From Deltaproteobacteria bacterium (lineage in GTDB: Bacteria > Desulfobacterota > GWC2-55-46 > JADFVP01): a DNA stretch of 64,000 nucleotides. Position numbers and translations under genes: made by a program. Below the pieces are notes generated by a model. That model had not been told where the DNA came from, searched no databases, and was given only the letters and a program-made list of their open reading frames with translations. Positions 17,780 to 27,744 of the stretch are shown here, piece after piece (the stretch's first letter is position 1; each line of letters starts with the position of its first letter). The stretch lies in the NCBI GenBank assembly GCA_029262515.1, contig JAJCZH010000018.1, forward strand, positions 13,219 through 77,218, written 5' to 3'.

Positions 17780-18868
17780 ATGAGTTCAAAGGGGCGTAAC
17801 TCTCTTCTGATAACCGCACTTTTATTGATTTCTCTCTTTTTCGCGGCCTTCCCGACCGGAGCTGACGCCGAGAAGAGGAAGTTCAAGATGAGTATTGAGG
17901 AGGTGACGATAGAGGTCCATCCGCAGCTCACCTATACGGTCTTCGGCTTCAACGGACAGGTCCCCGGGCCACTTATCCATGTTGCCGAAGGAGATACGGT
18001 TGAGATAGAGGTAAAGAACCTTACGTCGCTTCCGCACACGGTACACTGGCACGGTATCTATAATACATGGGAGAACGACGGTGTGCCGAATGTAACGCAG
18101 ACGGATATAAAACCTGGCGATTCTTTTACCTATAAATTCGTAGCCGACCCTACTGGATCTCTCTGGTACCACTGCCACGTAAGCGTAAACGAGCATGTCG
18201 CATACAGGGGCATGTGGGGTCCGCTTATCGTCGACCCTAAAGAGACTGCGCCGATAATAAAGAAATTGAAACCCAATAAGGAGTATATCATGATGTTCAG
18301 CTCCTATGCTTCGGGTTGGGCGGAAAAACCGGGTTTTGGCGGCCTTCCCGATGACGTTCCCGATTACTTTGCCATGAACGGCCGCGCATTCCCTAATACC
18401 CAGCCGATAAGGGTGGAAGAGGGCGACGTGCTTCGCTTCAGGCTCTACGGCGCCGGAGGAGAGACTCACTCTCTCCATACCCACGGCCACCATTTTACCG
18501 TTACGCACAAGGACGGTTTTCCCCTTCCGGCCCCGTATAAGGCCGATACCATCAGCGTGGCCCCGGGTGAGCGGTATGACATAGTCTTTGAGGCGAACAA
18601 CCCGGGCCGTTTTATAGTTCACGACCATGTCGATGTGCATGTGACCAATAAGGGCAAGTATCCGGGCGGGCCTATAACGATCATAGAGTACGAGGGTATC
18701 CAGAGGGAGGACGACTGGTATGCCTGGAAAGATAAGGTCTACGACTCGAACTACTTCTATCAGCAGTCGCTTGAAGAGGGTTACGGCCTTTTCAACCATG
18801 ACGGGCACAAGGGCGACCCGGTAAAGAAGAAGCGGAGCAAGAGGCCTAAAAGAAAGAGGAGCAAGTAG
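17780..18868 (+). CDS. Two-domain multicopper oxidase (NirK-related type), secreted
   Basis: Signal peptide. Cu-binding motifs HTVHWHG, HCHVSVNEH...GMWG (HCH-X4-H-X4-M), HSLHTHGHH and HDHVDVH. Together these give 8 His for a trinuclear cluster plus a T1 site in domain 1. ~360 aa with a Lys/Arg-rich tail. Confidence 0.7.
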   Translation: MSSKGRNSLLITALLLISLFFAAFPTGADAEKRKFKMSIEEVTIEVHPQLTYTVFGFNGQVPGPLIHVAEGDTVEIEVKNLTSLPHTVHWHGIYNTWENDGVPNVTQTDIKPGDSFTYKFVADPTGSLWYHCHVSVNEHVAYRGMWGPLIVDPKETAPIIKKLKPNKEYIMMFSSYASGWAEKPGFGGLPDDVPDYFAMNGRAFPNTQPIRVEEGDVLRFRLYGAGGETHSLHTHGHHFTVTHKDGFPLPAPYKADTISVAPGERYDIVFEANNPGRFIVHDHVDVHVTNKGKYPGGPITIIEYEGIQREDDWYAWKDKVYDSNYFYQQSLEEGYGLFNHDGHKGDPVKKKRSKRPKRKRSK

Positions 18869-18870
18869 AG

Positions 18871-19683
18871 GTGGGTCTTAGAGATAAAAGAATGAGATTG
18901 GCGGGTTTCGGGCTCCTCCTGTTCGCTATAGCGGTTCTCTTCTCGGCAGTGTCAGTCGGTTCCGCTTTAAATGTTGAGGCCGCCGGGACAGCCGGGGCTA
19001 CCGACCTTACCGAGTCCGCCATATCTATTAAGAAGGGCAAGATCATCTTAAAGAGCAGGTGCGGCAAGTGCCACGCCATCAAGGGGCCTGCTGCGACCAC
19101 ACTCAAGGATTTCAAGGCAAGAAAAGGGCCTGATCTCTTTTACGCCGGGGTTAAGTATAATGAAGAGTGGTTAATAAAGTGGCTCGCCAACCCTGTTCCG
19201 ATCCGTCCTGCCGGTTTCAGGTACTTTAAGAATATCATCGTGACCGAAGGTAGCGACGATACCGTGAACTGGGACGCGCTTGCAGAGCATGTGGCCTTGA
19301 CGCCCGATGAAGCCGAGATGGTAGCCGCCACTCTTATGACGTTTATGGCGTATAAGGGTAAGGTAAAGAAGAACGCCCTTACCGAAGAGCCTGCAGACGC
19401 TTTTATGGGCGAGATGAACTTTGATAAGTTTTCAGGGTGCCTCGCCTGCCATGAGATAGAGCCGGGTTACGGCGGGGTAACCGGCCCCGAGGTCTATACG
19501 GTAGCCGAGAGGTTGAAGCCGGACTTTATCTACAGTTATCTTAAAAGCCCGCAGAGCTTCGACCCAAAGAGCATGATGCCTGATAAGGAGCTCGGCGAGA
19601 ACTTCCTACAGGTATTGACCAAGTACATGCTCTCGCTCGAGGCGCCGCCGGACGGAGAGTATGACGAGGGGGAAGAAGAGTGA
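18871..19683 (+). CDS. Periplasmic diheme c-type cytochrome
   Basis: Signal peptide (MRLAGFGLLLFAIAVLFSAVSVGSALNVEA). CGKCHA and CLACHE motifs. An alternative ATG at 18892. Confidence 0.65.
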   Translation: MGLRDKRMRLAGFGLLLFAIAVLFSAVSVGSALNVEAAGTAGATDLTESAISIKKGKIILKSRCGKCHAIKGPAATTLKDFKARKGPDLFYAGVKYNEEWLIKWLANPVPIRPAGFRYFKNIIVTEGSDDTVNWDALAEHVALTPDEAEMVAATLMTFMAYKGKVKKNALTEEPADAFMGEMNFDKFSGCLACHEIEPGYGGVTGPEVYTVAERLKPDFIYSYLKSPQSFDPKSMMPDKELGENFLQVLTKYMLSLEAPPDGEYDEGEEE

Positions 19684-20048
19684 AGCAGAGCTACAGATAT
19701 ATCATCGGTGCTCTTTCTCTCTTGGCAGCGATGATGATGGTGCCGAACGGCATGGCCGAGGCCGCAACCGCGAGAGATAATTACCGGACCTACTGCGCCC
19801 AGTGCCACGGAGTTAACGGCAGCGGCGGGGGAGTGAATACCGAGTCGATGAGTGTTCAGCCGCGCGACCATACGGACGCGAAGGGCATGAGCGGGCTCAC
19901 TGACGCCAAGCTTAAGAAGGCGATCGCCGAAGGGGGCCTCGCCGTCTCCAAGTCGGTACTGATGCCGCCGTGGCGCGCGACTTTTAACGATAAAGAGCTG
20001 GATGCACTTGTGGGGTATCTGCGCGAACTCTGCAAGTGCAGTGAGTGA
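19680..20048 (+). CDS. Monoheme class I c-type cytochrome (c552/c55x-like)
   Basis: Signal peptide. Single CAQCHG motif. 122 aa. Start overlaps the upstream gene. Confidence 0.6.
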   Translation: MKQSYRYIIGALSLLAAMMMVPNGMAEAATARDNYRTYCAQCHGVNGSGGGVNTESMSVQPRDHTDAKGMSGLTDAKLKKAIAEGGLAVSKSVLMPPWRATFNDKELDALVGYLRELCKCSE

Positions 20049-20098
20049 AGTTGATGCTATTGCGCAGATTAAAAACTAATATAAGAAGGAGTAATTAT

Positions 20099-21043
20099 AT
20101 GAGGAGTTTGAGGCTACTGTTTACGATGGCGCTCTTTGTGGCCTTTACGCTTGGAGTCTTCGCACTTGGCAGTGTGGCTGATGCAAAGACCGTCAAGGTG
20201 AAGCTGACGAGCAAGGAGGTTGACTGGAAGTACGATAATGCGGGCTCTACGACACGGGCCTTTACCTTTGACGGCCAGATACCGGGGCCGGTAGTACGCG
20301 TGACCGAGGGTGATACGGTAGACTTTGTGCTCACCAACGACAAGAGCAACAAGAACTCGCACTCAATGGACTTTCATGCCGCACGGGTGAACGTCTTAAG
20401 CGAGTTCGCTCCGATCAAACCCGGCAAGACCAAGAAGTTCAAGTTCAAGGCAACCAAGCCAGGTATCTTCTTCTACCACTGCGGCGCCGCCCCGATGCAG
20501 GAGCATATAGCGCGCGGCATGTTCGGCGTAATCATCGTCGACCCAAAGAACGATACCCGCCCCAAGGCCGACAGGGAGTATGTGCTTGTTCAGTCCGAGG
20601 TCTATGACGACCCGGAGACTCTGCAGCAGACCCCGTTCAAACATGTGGTCTTCAATGGCCGCGCATTCCGTTACGATCCTGTACACGACCCGAAGGCTTC
20701 GGGCAACATGCTGGTTGCCAAACCGGGCGAGAGGGTGAGGATCTATTTTGCAAACGCAGGGCCGCATGAGTTCTCGGCCTTCCATCCGATTGCCGGAATA
20801 TGGGAAAATGTCTGGATATCGGGTAACCCGAAGAACGAGCTTACCGGCGTGCAGACCTATACGGTCGGCCCTGGCGATGCCTCTACCTTCGACCTGATCT
20901 CTCCGGTTGAAGGCGGTAACGCCATCGTAACCCACTCCTTAAAAGGCGCGCTTACCGGCGGTATCGCGGTAATCGTCCTTAAGAACAAGCTTACGCCTGA
21001 GGAGGAGAAGCTCGGCAAGAACGGTAACTATATAGTTAAGTAG
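20099..21043 (+). CDS. nirK: Copper-containing nitrite reductase NirK
   Basis: NirK hallmark motifs HSMDFHAA (T1/T2 His pair) and FFYHCGAAPMQEHIARGMFGVIIVDP (His-Cys...His...Met). Signal peptide. AAGGAG RBS 7 nt before ATG 20099. Confidence 0.8.
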   Translation: MRSLRLLFTMALFVAFTLGVFALGSVADAKTVKVKLTSKEVDWKYDNAGSTTRAFTFDGQIPGPVVRVTEGDTVDFVLTNDKSNKNSHSMDFHAARVNVLSEFAPIKPGKTKKFKFKATKPGIFFYHCGAAPMQEHIARGMFGVIIVDPKNDTRPKADREYVLVQSEVYDDPETLQQTPFKHVVFNGRAFRYDPVHDPKASGNMLVAKPGERVRIYFANAGPHEFSAFHPIAGIWENVWISGNPKNELTGVQTYTVGPGDASTFDLISPVEGGNAIVTHSLKGALTGGIAVIVLKNKLTPEEEKLGKNGNYIVK

Positions 21044-21084
21044 TACCGTTTAGTAACTTTTTTGTCTTATCTGTTGTAACTGAA

Positions 21085-21122
21085 AGAGAGCGGGCAGCTA
21101 CTGCCGCCCCGCTCTCTTTCTA
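21085..21122 (+). terminator. Rho-independent terminator after nirK
   Basis: 10-bp stem AGAGAGCGGG/CCCGCTCTCT, then a T-rich tail. Confidence 0.5.
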
Positions 21123-21304
21123 TTCAAGGCCTCATTCCACTTTATACGCGTTCCCCCTTTTGCAGGCCCAGTCTCTCCGGGCAGCCTGTCACTTTATACA
21201 AAATTTTCTCTATTATGCCGATATACCGCTTCGTTATTTCACAGCATGAAATGCGTTGAGTAATGCTGGGCAACCTGTTTTAATCAGCTGGTAAGGAGAG
21301 GTGT

Positions 21305-24016
21305 ATGCCGGTTGTGCTTGATGCAATTATAGAGGACCTGAGGCTGGGCGCTACCGTGCTTACGGTAAACAGGCGCCTGTCTCAACATCTCCATGCCGAG
21401 TATAACGGTGCGCAGTTGAGGGCCGGCAAGAGCGCCTGGGAGACTCCGTCCGTTCTGCCCATAGGGGCGTGGCTGGACGGGTTCTATAAAGAGAGTATCC
21501 GTGCTTTGGGGCGGCAGACTGCCCCGCTTCTTGGTGAGAACCGTTCACGCACCCTCTGGTTGAGGGTGGTCGAGAGGGGCTGTACCGAGGAGCAGCGAGG
21601 GTTACTCTCTGCCCAGGGGGTCGGTGAGAGCTCGTACGGCGCATATAAGTTGATGGGCGAGTACAACCTGAGTTCTTTAGGTTCCGAACTATATATGACA
21701 GATGAGGTCAAGGCCTTCGACGGCTGGTTGAAGGCCTACAGGCGTTCGCTCTCGGACCTCGGTTTTATAGACAGGACTCAACTTAAAGCGCGTGTTGTCG
21801 AGCTTATAAACGAGGGCGCCGGGCCCTTGCCGGGTGTTGTGCTGTTCTCGGGTTTCGATGAGCTGACTCCCTTTGTGCGTCTCTTGAGCTCAAGTCTCAG
21901 GGGCGCAGGCGTAAGGGTTGAGAGGCTTGATGCCGGTACGGCGGTAGACGAAACAGTTCAAACGATGCCGGTCGTCAGGAGGTACATTGACGAGGTGGCG
22001 GAGGTGAGGGCGGCTGCAAGATGGGTGCGCAAAAAGTTGAACTCTTATAATCGCACTGTCGGGGTTGTGGTGCCTGACCTTGGCAGGTACCGGGCGCTGC
22101 TGCAACGCGAGTTTTCGGCCGAGCTCGACCCTAAGAGCGTGCTGCCGTGGCAAGAGTTCGAGGGGGTCTATAATATCTCTTTAGGCGCACCACTCTACGA
22201 TACCCCACTTGTACGGTCGGCTTTTGATCTGCTCTCGATTTCCGGCGCTGAAATAGAGCTGCTCTCCACCTCGTCGCTGCTCTTGTCGAGATACCTTGCA
22301 GGATCAGAAGAGAGGCAACTGGCGCTTGCGCAACTCGATGTCGAGCTTAAGAGAAAGAAGGTCGCTTCTGTTTCGCTTGCTGAATTGAGGTCGTTGCTCG
22401 AAGAGAAGGGCGGCGCTCTTCTTTCTGCTACCGCAAAAAAAATCGGCGGCTGGCTCGATAGACTCAAGGCCGAGAACTCGCCGGACTTACCGTCCGTCTG
22501 GGCCGGCAGGTTCGCAACTCTTCTCGCTTTACTCGGTTGGCCCTCTACCGGCTCGCCACTTTCAAGCTCCGAGTATCAGAGTATTGAGGCCTTTAAGTCT
22601 GTTCTTGGCGAGTTCTCCGGTTTTGACGATATGCTCGGCAGGTTGACGCGTCCGGAGGCCGTTTCTCACTTGAGAAGAGTCGCGATAGAGACGATCCACC
22701 AGGTAGAGAGCCCGGACTCTTCGGTTCAGGTGCTCGGTATCTTCGAGGCGTCGGGGTTGACATTCGACTCTCTCTTGCTGCTCGGTGCTGATTCAAACGC
22801 GCTGCCGGGCCCGCGCAACCCAAACCCTTTTATACCGATAGAGATACAGAAGCAACTCGATTTTCAGGATTCTACCCCCGAGCGGACTCTTCTGTTTGCC
22901 GCAGGCGTGCTGGCGCGGGTTATTGGCAGCGCAACGGATGTCGAGATCAGTTACGCGTCTTGCTTCGGCGGTGTCGAGTCCGGGCTGAGCCCGCTCTTGA
23001 AGTCGTACGAAGTTATAGGCGCAGGTTTTGCCAAAGAGCCTGGAAGTTCATTAAAGGAAAGGTCCCGCTGGTCTACTGTTCTGGAGGAAATGCCGAATGA
23101 GTTGAAGGTACCTATGACTCACGATGAGTTGACCTGGCTCGTTGGCGGTACCGGCATAGTCAAGGACCAGTCCGCCTGCCCTTTCAGGGCTTTTGCCGTA
23201 CACAGGCTAGGTGCGCGCTCTGTCGCTGCAATAGAGCCGGGCTTCGACGCGATGGACAGGGGTACTACTCTCCACGAGGCGCTTAAATTCTTCTGGCGTA
23301 AGGTTCGGGATTCGAGAAACCTCAAAGATGCGGTTGAAAAAGGCGAGCTCGACTCTCTCGTCAAGGAGGCGGTAGGATTGGCAATCGGAAACTCGACGGG
23401 CCGTAATCTTCCTGTGGCGTATCTTGAGCTTGAGGCCGCGCGTGTTGAGGCGCTTGTATCCGAATGGCTTACGCTTGAGCTCTCAAGAGAGTCCTTTACC
23501 GTAAAAGCTACCGAGTGCGCAGAGGAGATTGAGGTAGGCGGACTTCAACTCCGTGCCCGTTTTGACCGCGTCGATACCCTTGAAAACGGCGGCGAGCTGA
23601 TAATAGATTATAAAACCGGAGAGTGTAAACAGGACTTCTGGCTACCGGGCAGGCCCAAGGAGCCGCAACTGCTTCTGTACGACCTTGCCGGTGATTTCGA
23701 TGCACTCGCATTTGCGCGGGTTAAACTCAAGGGCACAAAGTTTGTCGGTGTTGCCAGGGACGGGGCCGGTCTTCCGGGCATCAAACCGATAAACGAGGAC
23801 AGGTGGACTGAGAAGATCGAAGGCGTAGAGAACTGGGACGACCTTAAGGCGCGCTGGAGAGAGACACTCGAGGCAATCGTCGGAGAGTTTACCGACGGCG
23901 TGGTGCGCGTGGAACCGGACTCCACCTTTGAAGGGCAGGGTCACCCCTGTACCTTCTGCGACCTCACGCCGCTTTGCAGAAGGTATGAGCTCAATAAGGG
24001 GCCGAGGCGAGAATAG
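21305..24016 (+). CDS. addB: AddB-type double-strand-break repair nuclease subunit. Inactivated helicase-like N-terminus, C-terminal PD-(D/E)XK nuclease with a Cys cluster.
   Basis: No Walker A motif. C-terminal ...LIIDYKTGE... nuclease motif, followed by CTFCDLTPLC. Precedes a UvrD-like helicase-nuclease gene, as in alphaproteobacterial-type AddAB. Confidence 0.6.
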   Translation: MPVVLDAIIEDLRLGATVLTVNRRLSQHLHAEYNGAQLRAGKSAWETPSVLPIGAWLDGFYKESIRALGRQTAPLLGENRSRTLWLRVVERGCTEEQRGLLSAQGVGESSYGAYKLMGEYNLSSLGSELYMTDEVKAFDGWLKAYRRSLSDLGFIDRTQLKARVVELINEGAGPLPGVVLFSGFDELTPFVRLLSSSLRGAGVRVERLDAGTAVDETVQTMPVVRRYIDEVAEVRAAARWVRKKLNSYNRTVGVVVPDLGRYRALLQREFSAELDPKSVLPWQEFEGVYNISLGAPLYDTPLVRSAFDLLSISGAEIELLSTSSLLLSRYLAGSEERQLALAQLDVELKRKKVASVSLAELRSLLEEKGGALLSATAKKIGGWLDRLKAENSPDLPSVWAGRFATLLALLGWPSTGSPLSSSEYQSIEAFKSVLGEFSGFDDMLGRLTRPEAVSHLRRVAIETIHQVESPDSSVQVLGIFEASGLTFDSLLLLGADSNALPGPRNPNPFIPIEIQKQLDFQDSTPERTLLFAAGVLARVIGSATDVEISYASCFGGVESGLSPLLKSYEVIGAGFAKEPGSSLKERSRWSTVLEEMPNELKVPMTHDELTWLVGGTGIVKDQSACPFRAFAVHRLGARSVAAIEPGFDAMDRGTTLHEALKFFWRKVRDSRNLKDAVEKGELDSLVKEAVGLAIGNSTGRNLPVAYLELEAARVEALVSEWLTLELSRESFTVKATECAEEIEVGGLQLRARFDRVDTLENGGELIIDYKTGECKQDFWLPGRPKEPQLLLYDLAGDFDALAFARVKLKGTKFVGVARDGAGLPGIKPINEDRWTEKIEGVENWDDLKARWRETLEAIVGEFTDGVVRVEPDSTFEGQGHPCTFCDLTPLCRRYELNKGPRRE

Positions 24017-24036
24017 TAGAAAGGGCAGGAATATCT

Positions 24037-27000
24037 ATGGTTGACGCTAATGGAGTGGTTACAGATAAGAGCGAGCGGGAAGAGGCTCTCGATCCGTCGC
24101 GCTCTTTTATCGTGCAGGCGCCGGCAGGGTCTGGCAAGACCGCGCTCCTGATACAGCGTTTCCTGCGTCTTCTCTCCCATGTTGCCCGCCCGGAAGAGGT
24201 GCTCGCGATTACCTTTACCAAAAAGGCGGCATCCGAGATGCATGAGCGCATCTTCGATGCGTTGCAGAGGGCCGGGGCTGGAGAGCAGACTACGGATGAA
24301 AATAGCGAGGTGACTCTCGGGTACGGACGCGAGGCCCTTAAGAGGGACGCTGCCTTTGGCTGGGGCCTGTTGGAGAATCCGGCTCGTTTGCAGGTGCAGA
24401 CGATTGACTCTTTCTGCGCAACGCTTTCCAGGAGGATGCCGCTTATGTCGAAGCTCGGCGCCAACCTCGCTGTCTGTGAGAGTCCGGGTGAGCTTTATGC
24501 CGAGGCCGCGCGGCGTACGGTTAAGATGGTAGAACTCGATAACGGAGACGGTTATGCGGTACGTCAGGTACTTAAACAGCACGATAACTCAATTATAGAT
24601 GTAGAGCGTAAGCTCGTGGTTATGCTCTCGAAGCGGGAGCAGTGGCTGCGCCATACTCTAAGCGTCTCCGTCGAAGAGGATCTGCGCCCTCTGCTCGAAG
24701 CCTCAGTTAGAAGGCTTGTGGAGGCAGAGCTTGAGAAGGTAGCCGGGATTTTCCCGCCCAAGTTCATTCCCCCTCTTGTAGGGGCTGCCCGTTATGCCGG
24801 AGCCAATACAGCGGCCGCCGGGCACAAGAACGCAATAGCAGAGCTTGGCGAACTCGACGGCCTGCCGGGCGCTGACGGTACCGGGCTCAGGCTCTGGAGG
24901 GCTCTGGCCGAGCTGCTTGTTACGCAGAAGGGCGAGTGGAGAAAAGCGGGCGGCGTAACGGTAAGGATCGGTTTTCCATCTGATAAAAAAGACCCGAAAG
25001 CCGTAAAGCAGAAAGAGGATTTTAAGGGCTTGCTCGGCGAGCTGAGTTCGGATGACAGGCTTCTGGCCAGGCTTCACGGTCTGCGCTCTCTGCCGGAGAC
25101 CTCTTACACGGACGACGACTGGAGTACGCTAGAATCGTTGCTCCATCTTCTGCCTATTGCCGTTAGCCACTTAAGAGATGTCTTCGGGTCGGAGAGGGTT
25201 ATAGATTTTTCCGAAATATCAATGGCGGCTATCTCGGCGCTCGGCCCCGACGATCTTCCTACCGACCTGATGCTCTCGCTCGACAATACCTTCTCCCATA
25301 TTCTCGTTGACGAGTACCAGGATACCTCTTGGACACAGGTCACTCTCTTGAGAGCCATGACGCGCGGCTGGGAGCCCGGAGACGGTCGAACGCTCTTTAT
25401 TGTCGGCGACCCCATGCAGTCGATCTATCTTTTCAGGGACGCCGAGGTAGGGCTCTTTCTCGATGCTAGGCAGAGCGGAATAGGTGCTGTGACACTGACC
25501 CCGCTGACTCTGCGGAGTAACTTCCGCTCCGACGGCCATATAGTCGAGTGGGTCAATAGAACCTTTAAAGGGGCTCTGCCCGCAACCGAAGACGCGCTTA
25601 CGGGCGCCGTGGTCTACGAAGAGTCGGTACCGTACAGGGCCGCGACCTACGGCGCCGAAGTGGATGTGAAGCTCTACCCCGTCCGTTCTGACGTTAAAGA
25701 GGCTGAGGAGATTGTAACAGTGCTAGGCGGAATAGACGGTACGGAGAGTCGTGCCGTGCTGGCGCGCTCGCGCAGCCACTTAGACTCTCTGGTCCCAAGG
25801 CTCAAGGCCGCGGGTATAGACTTTCAGGCCGAGGAGTTCGATCCGTTAAAAGAGAGGCCTGTCATACAGGATCTCTTCGCACTTACACGCGCGCTATTCC
25901 ATCCGGGTGATAGAGTTGCGTGGCTCGCTCTGCTCAGGGCACGGTGGTGCGGTTTGACTTTAAGAGAGCTTCATCTGCTCTGCGTAGGAGACCGGAAGAG
26001 TCCTATGCTTCGGCTTTTAAGGGACGGAGACCGGCTCGAGAGCTTCTCGCCTGAGGCGCACACAAGGCTTGTAAGACTGACCGATTCAATAGAGAGGGGT
26101 TTTGCGTTGCGCACAAGAGTAAGTCCGAGAAGGCTTCTCGAAGGGCTCTGGATAGCTATTGGCGGCCCTGCCTGTTATGAGGATGAGGACTCTCTGGCCG
26201 ATGCCGACCTCTTCTTCGATATGATCGAGTCGGTAAGTCTCGGCGGCGGCTTCTCTTCAATAGAGGCGCTCGAATCTCTTGTAGAGGCTCTCTATGCGAA
26301 ACACGCAGGAGTTGGTGATAACCCCGTGCTCCTGATGACGATCCATAAAGCGAAGGGGCTAGAGTTCGATCACGTTATATTGCCGGGGCTCGGCCGCAGG
26401 CCGCGGGGCAGTGAAAAGAGGCTGTTCCACTGGATGGAGCGCGGAGAAGACCTTCTGCTCGCGCCACTGGAGAAGAAGGGGGAGAAGAAAGGCGCAGGTG
26501 AAGAGAGCAAGCTCTACAAGTACCTTGAGGGCATCAGGAAGGAGAAGGAGCGACTGGAGGCCGCGCGCCTCTTTTATGTGGCGGTTACGCGGGCGAAGAA
26601 ACGGCTCTACCTCTTCGGTTCCGTCACAAAGTTCGAAGGCGGTAAAAGCTCCAATCAGTCTTCTGAAGAGGTTTCGCTAGAAGAAGTTTCTGTTGAAAAG
26701 AGTTCTTTTCTCGGTACCATTAAGCATCGACTTGATTATGATATGGTTTCGGCCAATACGTTTGCCGATAATAGCCCGGATGAAGATGGTACAGCTGGGG
26801 AGCAGGCAGTACCGTTATTAAAACGGCTGCCGATTAGCTGGCACTCTCCTGAGCCTGTTGAGGCAGCAGGCGGTAGTGCAGGTATGGACGTTGTCGCTGC
26901 TGAGCGGGACGAAGAGAGGCTGAAGTACGACTGGGCGACAATTGCCGCCAGTTACGTCGGAACAGCCGTGCATGCATGGTTCTGCAAGATAGCTGCCGAG

Positions 27001-27507
27001 GGGCTAGGTTTATGGAACCGGGAGAGGTTGGAAGGCGAGATCGGCAGGATGGAGTCCGAGCTGCTCTCGCTCGGTATAAACAGAAAAGAGGTCTCGGGAG
27101 TAGCGAAGAAGGCGCTCGGTCTGGTAGCGAACGCGCTCGATGATGATACGGGTCGCTGGGTGCTCGGTGAGCACCCGGTAGAACAGAAAGAAGAACAGAA
27201 AGAAAAAAGGAAAGAAGGAGATGGAGAAGCGAAGGTCGAGTGGGCGTTGAGCGGCATGATCGAAGGGCGCATAGTAGAGATAGTCATAGACAGGTCATTC
27301 GTGGACGTTGACGGCGTGCGCTGGATAATAGATTATAAGACCGGACGGCACGAGGGAAGCTCTGTCGAGGACTTTATCGCCGCCGAGCGCAACCGTTACG
27401 CTTCGCAGCTCGAGAGGTACGAGAGGGTTTTAAGAGAGTTCGGCGAGAGCCGTGAGATCAAAAAGGCCCTCTACTATCCTGCCCTCAAGAGGCTCGTTGA
27501 ACTGTAG
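24037..27507 (+). CDS. addA: AddA-type UvrD/Rep-family helicase with C-terminal PD-(D/E)XK nuclease
   Basis: Walker A APAGSGKTALL. UvrD-like motifs (ITFTKKAASEM, VDEYQDTS). C-terminal WIIDYKTGRH nuclease motif. Confidence 0.75.
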   Translation: MVDANGVVTDKSEREEALDPSRSFIVQAPAGSGKTALLIQRFLRLLSHVARPEEVLAITFTKKAASEMHERIFDALQRAGAGEQTTDENSEVTLGYGREALKRDAAFGWGLLENPARLQVQTIDSFCATLSRRMPLMSKLGANLAVCESPGELYAEAARRTVKMVELDNGDGYAVRQVLKQHDNSIIDVERKLVVMLSKREQWLRHTLSVSVEEDLRPLLEASVRRLVEAELEKVAGIFPPKFIPPLVGAARYAGANTAAAGHKNAIAELGELDGLPGADGTGLRLWRALAELLVTQKGEWRKAGGVTVRIGFPSDKKDPKAVKQKEDFKGLLGELSSDDRLLARLHGLRSLPETSYTDDDWSTLESLLHLLPIAVSHLRDVFGSERVIDFSEISMAAISALGPDDLPTDLMLSLDNTFSHILVDEYQDTSWTQVTLLRAMTRGWEPGDGRTLFIVGDPMQSIYLFRDAEVGLFLDARQSGIGAVTLTPLTLRSNFRSDGHIVEWVNRTFKGALPATEDALTGAVVYEESVPYRAATYGAEVDVKLYPVRSDVKEAEEIVTVLGGIDGTESRAVLARSRSHLDSLVPRLKAAGIDFQAEEFDPLKERPVIQDLFALTRALFHPGDRVAWLALLRARWCGLTLRELHLLCVGDRKSPMLRLLRDGDRLESFSPEAHTRLVRLTDSIERGFALRTRVSPRRLLEGLWIAIGGPACYEDEDSLADADLFFDMIESVSLGGGFSSIEALESLVEALYAKHAGVGDNPVLLMTIHKAKGLEFDHVILPGLGRRPRGSEKRLFHWMERGEDLLLAPLEKKGEKKGAGEESKLYKYLEGIRKEKERLEAARLFYVAVTRAKKRLYLFGSVTKFEGGKSSNQSSEEVSLEEVSVEKSSFLGTIKHRLDYDMVSANTFADNSPDEDGTAGEQAVPLLKRLPISWHSPEPVEAAGGSAGMDVVAAERDEERLKYDWATIAASYVGTAVHAWFCKIAAEGLGLWNRERLEGEIGRMESELLSLGINRKEVSGVAKKALGLVANALDDDTGRWVLGEHPVEQKEEQKEKRKEGDGEAKVEWALSGMIEGRIVEIVIDRSFVDVDGVRWIIDYKTGRHEGSSVEDFIAAERNRYASQLERYERVLREFGESREIKKALYYPALKRLVEL

Positions 27508-27744
27508 AGTCTTTTTTGTAACAACCCTTTTTATAATAACCATCGTTAATCTATCTATTAAACTCACCTATGGTCATTTGCTCCAAGGTATGTTATCGTA
27601 TCGGGCTTAACCGGTTTAGAAGAGGGCGGCAGGCGCTCTCTTGAACCGGTTTCAGGTATTTATATCTGTTATCTCTGTGGAATTTTATCTGAATACGGGC
27701 ACAGTGGCAGAGCGGAAAGGTAGAGCAGTTTGAAGGAAGAAAAG

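Noticed and set aside
27181-27215. GAACAGAAAGAAGAACAGAAAGAA purine-rich repeat
   Set aside because: It encodes an EQKEEQKEKRKE acidic/basic linker within AddA and is in frame and coding.
21305-27507. Large nuclease/helicase pair considered as a possible phage-defence module
   Set aside because: The architecture is that of canonical AddB (inactive helicase plus PD-(D/E)XK plus Cys cluster) and AddA (UvrD helicase plus PD-(D/E)XK). This is housekeeping recombination repair, not a defence system.
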